This document shows, piece after piece, positions 41,164 to 51,439 of a stretch of DNA of 64,000 bases (within the stretch, counting starts at the first letter, position 1; each line of letters begins with the position of its first letter). The notes under the pieces are model-generated. The model was not told the DNA's origin and did not search any database. It saw nothing but the letters and a program-made list of their open reading frames with translations. The stretch is from Nageia nagi (taxonomy: Eukaryota > Plantae > Pinophyta), in the NCBI GenBank assembly GCA_050084985.1, contig JBITNC010000001.1, positions 189,472,001 through 189,536,000 of the forward strand. The letters run 5' to 3'. Position numbers and translations under genes: made by a program.

Positions 41164-42129
41164 AAACCCTAAAATCCTAAAACTTTGGGCATTACTATTA
41201 GGGGTAACACCCCTAAAAATTGAAACCAAACCAAACCATTCCAATAACAAAATCAAACCACTTCAATCATAAATTCATGAAAGGGAGTGCATAATTCAAG
41301 TCCAACTATCTAGCAGGACATCATTGGACTCCAAGTAAGTACCACTTCTGCATTGCTTAGATTTATCTAGGGTTTTTCTTGGAAATATTGTATTATCATG
41401 TGCATTTTCCATCTAGACTAGTTTCATAAGCTAGAGACTAGAAAATATAATCAAATAAAGCTAGAGGCTACAAAACTCTACATGCAATTGTAGAAAACAT
41501 AACCAAATTGAGAAATGAACAAAAAAATCTACCTCCAACTATAGAAAATCATCCCTTGGGTTGATGGCTCTCCCTCTTTCTCCTCCTCACCTTGCAAAAT
41601 TAGTATTCAAGCTCAACTGTTGAGTGAAAATGATAGTTCAAGCATGTTATTTTTTTTGAGGAAAAATTAGATGTTATATCATATGTCATATTGCATCTCA
41701 TATCATGTATAGGTGAGCATTGAATATAGCATCTTTTGATATATTAATAGGGAAAAAAACCATTTTGTTATATTTTATAGATATTCAATAGTAATTTATA
41801 GATATACAACAATCGTACATAGAAAAAGTTTATAAATATTCAACAATAGTAAATATGTTTGCTAGAACTATCATCTAAGAGTCACCGTAGTTGCCACCTT
41901 GTAAAGGGGTGTGGGTCTATTCAAAAGACAAACAACTACTATACATCTCATCTCTAATCCTTAGAGCTACAGCTTTAAGCATCAATGCATTATCGTTGTG
42001 TTCTTCATTATTATATTTTATTACTAATACTATTATTACTAATATTCTTATTAATATTAATAATTTTATTTTATAAAAAAATTAATTATTTATTTTATTG
42101 TTATTATTATTATAAATATTAATAATATT

Positions 42130-43160
42130 AGGGGTTAGGGTATGTGTTAAGGGTGACGGTATGAGGTTAGGGTCAGGGTGCAGGGTTAAGGTATTGGTGT
42201 AGGGTTAGGGTTAGGGTCTAGGGTTAGGATGATGGTATAAGGTTAGGGTTAGTGCAAAAATAGGGTGATGATGTAGGGTTAGGGTCAAGGTGTAGGGTTA
42301 GGGAGTTCAAGTCTCATAATCCCTTAAATATGATAAACATGATGTATCTTACCAAGCTCTTAGGCATGTGATGTACATCTTGGTGTTAGTCATCATGGAT
42401 TATGGATGCCAATGAAACTGCCTATAATGATTAGATTTTATGTAATTCATGGTTAGGATTAGGGTACCGGTTAGGATGCAAGTTATGATGAAGGGTTTAG
42501 GGTTAGGTTTAGGGTTTATCAAATTATAAAGAGCTTATCCTAATGATATTATTAACTCTTAAATAAATTTCATATTGAGCTCACAAAACACCAATATGCA
42601 CTTCCCCATTATCACCCATCATATTTAAGGGACATGTAAATCTTCTAATTGATGGACTATTTCTCACATCATTGGGATAATTATATCCAACATATAACTT
42701 ATAATATTCATGATCTATCTTAAAATAAATTTTTGTGCAATGTTTGAGCTCAACCATACCAGTTTAGGGTTAATGGCTTAGGGTTCAAGTTAGGGTTTAG
42801 GGTTTAGGTTAGGGTTCTAAGATTAGGTTAGGGTTTAGGGTTAAGGTTTTAAGGTTTAGGGCTTAGGATTTATGGTTTAGGGATTAAGTTTGGGTTTAGG
42901 TTTAGGGTTTATGGTTTAAGTTTAGAGTTTAGGGTTTAGGTTAGTATTTAAGTTAGGGTCCAGGGTTTAGGTTAGGGTTAAGGGTATAGGTTAGAGTTTA
43001 GGATTAAGGGTTTAGGTTTTAGGTTAGGATTTAGGTTTTAGGTTAGGGTTTAGGTTTTAGGTTAGGGTTTAGGTTTTAGGTTAGGGTTAAGGTTTAGGGA
43101 TTAAGTTAGGGTTTAGGATTTAGGTTAGTGTTTAGGTTAGGGTTTCTATTAGGGTTTAGT
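42130..43160 (+). repeat. Degenerate interstitial telomere-like arrays (TTAGGG/TTTAGGG/TTAGG)
   Basis: Blocks at 42130-42303, 42450-42517 and 42760-43160; 19-bp higher-order unit TTTAGGTTTTAGGTTAGGG at ~43010-43090. Confidence 0.9.
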
Positions 43161-43161
43161 A

Positions 43162-43290
43162 TTTTTTATAAGATAACTTAATTTTTATAAGATAACTTAA
43201 TAATCTTTTTTATAAGATAACTTAATTTTTATAATATTAGGACTAATTTTTTATAATATTATGACTTCAATTTTTAGAATCTTACGAATT
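43162..43290. repeat. 19-21-bp AT-rich tandem repeat
   Basis: TTTTTATAAGATAACTTAA x3, then TTTTTATAATATTA(G/T)GACT variants. Confidence 0.8.
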
Positions 43291-43523
43291 AATTAAATTA
43301 TTTATGTATTAATACATGAAACCCTATACCATTGACCCTAAACTCTAAGTCAATATTTTTAACCCTAGTTTTTAAAATTTTAATCATAAACCCTAACACC
43401 TAAAACCCTAACTCTAACAAATAAGATTTAATGCCCTAAACCCTTGATTTTATTTATATTTAGAGGAATGTGAATTTTAGTGTGACTAATAATATATTAT
43501 TTTTTAAAAGTATATATATCACT

Positions 43524-44700
43524 ATGTCAACTACTAATGATGAGTTAGAAATCATGTCATTTGTTCATCCATCAAGGTTTGACATTTCTTTTGATGAGGA
43601 TAAGCTACCCCTAGAGCCCTCTCCTCCTAGGAGTATTGATAATTCTTTTAATGATGATGACCCATAGGTATATGTTTTTAACAATGAGTGTCAATATATA
43701 TGTATTTAAATTTTATTTCATTAAGAATAAGGTATATATAATATCATTATATGAAATATTTAACTAATTAATAGTATATTAATTGTTATAGGAAAACCAT
43801 GATGATGATGATGATGGTGATGATCATGATTGTAAGGTAATTAACATAAAATTTTTAATTAGTTTACAATTTAATATTAAACATAACTAAAATTAACTAG
43901 GTCACACAAAGTTTCATGACTAAATGTTCAATTCACATAAAGTAAATTATATAGATCCATCAAATGAAGAGGTAACAATACATAGAAGAACTAGATATCA
44001 AACATAAATTAAAAATGTATTTAGAAGTGATTATGGTATTAAGCCTTTTTCATTTGATCTACCTTTAGATAATTTGTGTGATCCTCCATTTCCTATTGAA
44101 GACCAAAATTTATATCAACATACATATGATTAGAAGCTATACAGTGCATGGTCAAAATAAGATCCATTTCCAAAAGCTTATGCACCATACAAATATTATG
44201 GTAATAGATACATGACAAGAGAATTTGAATATATATATATGGAGCTAGCATGGGTTTATTCATATTAGATTATGTGTTTATTTATTGAGGTGTTCTAAAA
44301 GATCCATTGATTCCATTTTATGGGCCAATTTATAGTAGAAAAGATTATCTACAATTAGCAAATAAGGTAGCATTAGAAGCTATAGTATTTTTGCAAATTG
44401 GCAATCAAACCCCAAGCCTTTAAAATGTTTGTACATGGATAGTAGGCCAAAGATAAATTAAAACATTATAGGATATAAAAAGTTTCATTAGCATTGGATT
44501 CCTCCCAAATTATGAACTTCATCATTTTGAAAAGCAGAAAGAAGACTTCATGCATGAAGAGTTAGATAGTTATCTAGGAGTAGTTCCTATTAGAAGTTTG
44601 AAATGTGGTGACAAGCTATTAGTGGCTTACGATTATAAAAAAACAAAACATAAAGCAAAAAAGTCAAAAAGGATTAAAAATATTATCTTTATTGATGTTT
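43524..44700 (+). pseudogene. Degenerate SET-domain (lysine methyltransferase fold) gene, ~3 exons, acidic N-terminus and Lys-rich tail
   Basis: Across ~3 frameshifts 44235-44637 reads IYGASMGLF..LIPFYGPIY..SYSI..LYMDSRPKIN*NIIGY..FLPNYE..YLGVVPIRSLKCGDKLLVAYDY, all SET motifs in order; putative introns 43668-43791 and 43837-43954. Confidence 0.78.
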
Positions 44701-44919
44701 TTTCATGAAATATCTATTAATGTATATATTTTCATAAACTTTTAATGAAAATATTGTGTAAATCCTATTGATGAGCTATTATTGCAATACGCTTGTTCGC
44801 TTATTACTAATGCAATACACTTGTTCATTTTTTAATGATAATATTATGTTTTTTTAGATTGTTTTAGTGTTATATAACAACTAATTTGAAAAATATATTA
44901 GAATGCAACAAATATATAG

Positions 44920-47131
44920 GACAACTCTAGCACAAGGACTTATGTACCTACTTTGCATCAACTACATATAAGGAAAGCTTAGAGCAAGCAACTACATGCA
45001 CTCTTAACTCCTAAAGAATATGGACATTGGTTGAGTGAACCAAATGTTGTACTAGAACTTATATTCAATAAGGATATGGATTTAGATACCAATAATAATG
45101 AAGGAGAGAATAATGATGTTCATTTAGATCATGACAAATTAATGAATGATTTTATTGAGTTAGTCTATGCAAATAAATAAGATGATGCATACGCTCATGC
45201 CTCTAATTCTCATACACATGATGGTGCAAATGATGGTGATTTTGAAAATTATAGCTTGTACAATGATGCAAAAAGCAAATTATATAAAGGATCATGCTTA
45301 TCCAAGTTACTGATGACCCTACTTTTAATAAATTTAAAAACCAAATATGGATGGCCAGATACAAGTTTTACTACTCTTCTAAAGTATGTACTATTTTTCA
45401 ATATTGAAATATATACAAATTTATATATTATATTTTTTGTATTTTTAATATTTAAGATAATAAATTTATTTCTTTGTGTGGTACTATAGATTACTAAATG
45501 AACAGGTGATTCTAGATGATAATGTCATCCCTCCTTCATGTAGAAAGCCATGTACATTTTTGAAGGATACAAGGGTAGAGTATACAACATACCTTGCTTG
45601 TATTAATGATTACATATTCTATAGAGGACTATATAAAAAAATGAGCACATATTCAAAGTGTGATGCAATTAGATATGAAAAAGGAAAGAAAGAAAAAAAA
45701 TATTCCTCAAAAGAAAGTTTTTCATATGCCAATCATTCCTAGTTTTTCATATGCCAATCATTCCTAGGTTAATGCAATTATTTTGGTATAAGTCACTTGC
45801 ACAACTTATGGATTGTCATGCAAGATATAGAATTCAAGATGATGTAGTTTGCATTCCTACAAATAGTAAAGCAATGAAACATATAGAGACAAAGTGGCAT
45901 GATAATTTTTAAGTTGACCCTAGGAGTGTTAGATTGGGTTTAGAAATGGATGATGTCAATCCATTTTGGAAACAATCATCTAATTATTCATATTGGTATA
46001 TTATTATAATCAATTATAACTTACCTCTATGGATGTCTACAAGAAAAGAGCATTTGATATTGGCTCTCATAGTCCCTGGAAAGCATTAAGTGAAAAACAT
46101 AGATATTTACCTTGAACCAATAACTGATAAATTGATGCTCTAGTGGGAAAGAATTTAAATGATTGATATATCTAGACCTATCCAGTAGAGATCATTCAAA
46201 TTATATGGTATACTATTTTGGACTATACATGACTATTCAGGGCATACTATTTATTCAAGTATGCATATATACAATATTTATCACTAATGCATATTAATTT
46301 AATATTTTTTATTTTTTATTTTACCATATGATTAGTTGTGCATTATTTAATAAAAATTATTATAGGTTATCATGCTCATCCGTGACATACCAAAAATCTC
46401 ACAACAAGATATTCGAATCAGATGAGGAAGATGGAATACCTTGACCATATAAAATATTTTCAAGTGGGAAATAAAATATGAAAAAATAGAAATTATGATA
46501 AAATTGATTACACCCCATTCCTCATTGTGCAACTCCTATTTATTTGTCAATAAAGTACCAACAAAAAGTGGAATAAGTTAGATAAACATCCCGTGAGGAA
46601 GGTGTTATTGTAAGTCCAAATGATGATATTATTATTAATGAAAATGACTTACCCATAGGTGAGATTATTATTGGTGAAAATATGCATGTCTATTATATTT
46701 TAATTTTATTATTTTACTAATTATATTATGATTAATTTTATACATGTTTTCAAGCATGAAAAAGCTATCAATATTTTATAGACTTCCATACATGTCAAAC
46801 TTTTTAGTGGCATATTTGATGGATCCTATGCATAATGTAAAGAATGTAACATCTTCATTGTATCAATTTACAACAATGAAAGAATTAATGGTGATACAAT
46901 AAGAAATGATATAAAAAAATCTAGATAAAGTGTTCATAATGGATAGGTCAAAATGAATATAGAACACCAAATGTACCTGCTCCCACATGGCTTATGAAAA
47001 AAGATGAAGTAGAGAAGTTACACAAAGTTGTTAAAACCATTGGAACTATGGACCATCTCTAATAAGATCATTCACTACCAATGGTAAACTTAAAAGATTT
47101 TAAGTCTCTTGATTTTCACAACTTCATGAAG
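44920..47131 (+). pseudogene. tnp2: CACTA/En-Spm Tnp2 (TnpD, Transposase_21) pseudogene, intron-containing, 3'-truncated
   Basis: LYKGSCLSKL..NLKTKYGWPDTSFTTLLK; ACINDYIFYRG; DPRSVRLGLEMDDVNPF; NYNLPLWM..LALIVPG..NIDIYLEP; WTIHDY; SIFYRLPY..DPMHNVKNV; FKSLDFHNFMK. Confidence 0.95.
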
Positions 47132-47174
47132 GTATTGATCTCATACTATATATTTATTGGTGCATGTGTGATTT

Positions 47175-47840
47175 TATCCATAAATCCTGAATTGGGTGTG
47201 TGCATATGTCTCATTCATGTTTGTAAATTGAATATTATGATTTGTGCAAGCTATATTGAGGGAGCTTTGAACTTCATTACCAAAATACCCATAAACCTTG
47301 AATTAAGTGTGTGCATGTATCTACTTGGTTCTTGTAAGTCGAATGTTGTGGTTTGAGAAGGTTACCTTAAGGTAGATTTTAACTTCATTTCCAAAATACC
47401 CATAAACCCTGAATTTGGTGTCTATATGTGTCTACTTGGTTCTCATAAATTGAATGTTATGATTTATGCAAGCTATAGGAGCTTTGAACTTCATTTCCAA
47501 AATACCCATAAGGCAAATAAAGTTTCATAGACTGTAATAATTGTGTGATACACAAAATGGGTTTTTTAAAAAAGGCCCAAAGACTTATGAAACATGTGGA
47601 AGAATAAAATAAGACCTAGTATTTATTTGATACTATGCATGATGAAAATATGGTTTCACAATCTATAATGATTGTGCGATACACAAAATAGTTTTTCTAA
47701 AAAAATCCCATAGATATATGAAATATGTGGGAGAATACACAAGACCCAAAATAAGTTTGACAAAATGCATGATGCAAACATAGTTTAATGGTCTATAATA
47801 TTTTTAGGATTCATAGGTTTTCTGATGAGGCATCAATTCA
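47175..47840 (+). pseudogene. Short reiterated PPR fragments (S2/E1 junction ~3-4 times, S-P twice)
   Basis: SYIEGALNFITKIPINLELSVCMYLLGSC and repeats of AACTTCATT.CCAAAATACCCATAA; FDKMHDANIV. Confidence 0.8.
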
Positions 47841-47849
47841 TCATTTAAT

Positions 47850-49037
47850 TTTGTCAATCCTGAGTTGGTGTACAAGGCTATATGCAGTTGAGGACTCTGT
47901 TTTATCCCTTGTTCTACTTGGAAAATTCAAATTTCAATCATACAATAATGCTAAATTCAGACTTGCAGGACTTAAACTGGAAAGATAAAGTTGCAGTAAA
48001 CTGAAGGAAATGGAGAAAACACACACACTAAGCTGCTATCGAATACTTTGCAGAAAATTGGAAATTGACATGAAACAAATAAGAGACCTCTACCAGTAGG
48101 AGTGGGCCCCCTCTTCCTAGTAGAGACTCACAATTAAACATAATGTTAAAGAATTGTCACACCTTTTTATTGCTTTTCCAAATGAACTAGTATAATTTAA
48201 TTACAAAAGCTAGTCCTTCCTCCTCCTTCTTTCTGTCACTAAGTCTCTATTTATTCTAATAGGCTCATTAATGCTTTTTAACTAATCATTCTAAATATAT
48301 ACTACTTGACCTATTTATTTGGGTCATACAATCCTTCTTATCCTACACTGTTTGCTAATATTCTGGATATAATTCTGTAAAGATCAAGTCTAAAATAGAA
48401 TTAGTTACTTTGTCCTTAAGACTAGTTCCTAATTGGAATAAGTCTACTTGACTTCTTCTCTAGCTCCTCTAGTTTCTCTAACTGATCCACGTTCTTCTCT
48501 GTCTTCGATGTAGCTGTCATCTTAGCTTTGTGCGTCTGATTCTTCTATATTTCTGGAGCTATAATTCAGGAACCTTTCTGGAGCTATATTTCAGGAACCT
48601 TTCTAGAGCTACATTTTAGGAACCTTTCTGGAGCTACATTTTAGGAACTTTTTTGGAGCTACATTTTAGGAGCCTTTAAACAGTTTTTGGAGCCAAACTT
48701 AAGTCGCTTTTTGGAGCTAGAATGAAGTCACTTTCTAGTGCTAGTCTGAAGTTGCTTTCTAGTGCTAGACTGAAGTCGCTTTCTGGTGCTAGACTAAAGT
48801 TGCTTTCTAGTGCTAGACTTAAGTTGATTTCTAGAGCCAGACTAAAGTCGCTTTCTGGTGCTAGACTAAAGTTAATTTCTGGAGCCAGTCTTAAGTTGCT
48901 TTCTGGTGCTAGACTTAAGTTGATTTCTGGAGCTAGACTTATGCTATTTCTGGAGCTTTCAATTAGATTACTCTAGAGCTAGAAACTTGATACTTGCAAC
49001 CATCATTCTTATGAGAAGTTAGAATATGTGCTCAACA
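47850..49037 (-). mobile_element. Less-decayed LTR-like insertion
   Basis: Retains CAG/CTG and several CpG; ends GTGCTCAACA; stem-loop at 48083-48129; left end and TSD not resolved. Confidence 0.5.
48551..48980. repeat. Two adjacent minisatellites, ~26-bp x5 and 24-bp x~11
   Basis: TTCTGGAGCTACATTTTAGGAACCTT, then TTCTGGTGCTAGACTAAAGTCGCT. Confidence 0.92.
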
Positions 49038-49559
49038 AACATTATTCAAACATAAACAGTAATTTTTTTCATGCATCAAAATTACAAATAACATTAATAA
49101 ATGAAAGATCAAACAAATATGCATTCAACATTAAATTAGATAGTTTATAACAATTAGTAATATCATTCAAGTCATATTAGTGTTCCAAATGTCTTTAAAA
49201 CATCAAATAAATGCATCAAAAATGAGACCATTTTGAGTCTCATCATTTTCTAAAAGAATGCATAAAAATTCAAAGCATGGACATATATTGCAGAATGTAG
49301 AAGAATACAAGCTCATGGATTATGGAAGAATATTGCAAGGTCATGAAATAACATACTTGCTTGCACTTCATATCCTCTCCTCTCACCTCGTCAATACACC
49401 AAATGCCCCTAAGTGCCAAAATACTCATAAACCTTGAATTGGGTGTGTGTATGTATCAAATAAAAATAATAGTTTTATGTTTATCATGTTTTATGTCCCA
49501 TTTCATTTTGCATTCATGTATCTCAAGTCTTATGTTCCACTTCATTTTTTTTTCAAAAA

Positions 49560-51160
49560 GTGTTACTTGGGTGTATGGATGTGTCTACTTATTACTTGTA
49601 AATCAAAATATTTTTGTTAGCAAAAATATAGAGCATATTTGAATAATTCCATATCATATGGTATATCAGCATCATTTTAGACCATATATGGTGTAATAAG
49701 ATCATTTCATATCATATGTTGGTGTATTTGGATTATTTTATATCATATGGTGCATGTTGGTGTATTTAGATTATTTTATATCATATGGTGCACTTGATCA
49801 TGAACATATGTTGGTGCATTTGGATAATTTTATATCATATGGTACATTTAATTATGAACATGCCTTTATCTTTCATCATTACATATATATAAATGGTGAC
49901 TGGTCAATTCTATTAGACCATCCTTTGATAGCCCATGGCCAACATCATAATTTGGCTAACTTTGATTGAGCTTAGGTGCCAAATACCCATAAACTCCAAA
50001 TTGGGTGTGTGTATGTGTCTACTTGGTGCTTTGTAAATTGAATGTTATGGTTTTGAATATTTGGATAGACATGTATGCAAAGTGTGGAACAATACTGAAG
50101 GCCCATAGATATGTATGCAAAATATGAGCTCTAGAAGAAGGTATGAACATATATCAAAGAGTAGTTGAAAATGGTTTTACCTTGAATATTGTGGTTGTGA
50201 TTGCCATGATAGACATGTATGTAAAATGTGAAACAATACACAAGGCCTAATATTTATTTCACAAGATGCATGATATGATATTTATACTTGGTGCTTGTAA
50301 ATCAAAATGTTATGGTAGCAATACTATGGAGCATATTTAAATCATTTGAGCATAATTCATGATATTTTGAATAGGTTATCCTAAGGAGAAGATATTTTAT
50401 TGAGTTAAGATAACATAACAATTTAAATTTTTGACTTGAACAATTGATGAGTATTACAAGAATATTTTAGCCAACTATATCATTTATGGTTGTATGGTGT
50501 ACTTAGATCAATTTAATATCATATGTTAGTGTATATTTCATATCATATGGTATATTTGCATTATTTTAAACTATATGATGTATTTAGATCATTTCATATC
50601 ATATTTTGCACTTTTCATTTCATATCATATGATATAGTAGCATCATTTCATACCAATATGATGTAATTAGATCATTTCATATCATATGTTGATGTATTTG
50701 GATCATTTTATACCATATGGTACACTTAATCATGAACATATGTTGGTGCATGTGGATTATTTTATATCATATAGTGCACTTGATCATGAACATATTTTGG
50801 TGCATTTGGATCATTTAATATCATATGGTGCACTTGTTATTTCATATCATATGGTACAATAGCATCATTTCATACTGATATAGTATAATTAGATCATTTC
50901 ATATCATATGTATATGTAATTTGGATCTTTTTATATCATATATGGTGCACTTGATCATGAATAATATACGTTGGTGCAATTGGATCATTTTGTATCATAT
51001 GGTGCACTTAATCATGAACATACCTTTATCTTTCATCATTTGCATATTATTATTATTATTATTATTAACTATGACTAGTCAGTTCTATTGGGTCATCCTT
51101 CAGGAGTCCATGGTGGTTATCATAATTGGGTTCACTATGATTGAGCTCAAGTACCTTTGG
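49560..51160 (+). repeat. Duplicated module: PPR E1 fragment, ATCATTTCATATCATATGGTG satellite, unique tail
   Basis: 49560-49980 and 50280-51160 share flanks; arrays at 49640-49860 and 50490-51020; PPR fragments at 49980-50320. Confidence 0.8.
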
Positions 51161-51439
51161 TAACCAAGAATGGCATAGCTTGTAATCATTCTTCCATTTG
51201 GAAGAATGCTTCCAAGCTATGCCTATTTTTTTAAATTTGATAATTATGTGGCATTTTATAAGCTAGGCATATATATATAAAGTGATGGCTAACACCACTA
51301 CCTTTAATATATAATGAGATGGATTCATAGGAGATTGTAGCTGCTTGCATTGGTTAATAGCATAGTGGTTTAAAATTGCCTTTGCATGACATTAGGAGGT
51401 AGTTTAGGGTGCCATATATCAATAATTAGTAGTCATTGT

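Noticed and set aside
42130-43445. Telomere-telomere fusion site
   Set aside because: The C-strand side is short and very degenerate, and the context is a transposon upstream region.
48722-48976. ORF with 8-aa repeat SGARLKLI
   Set aside because: By-product of a 24-bp minisatellite; no evidence of a protein.
49640-51020. CRISPR-like repeat-spacer array
   Set aside because: Degenerate tandem units without unique spacers; eukaryotic context and no cas genes.
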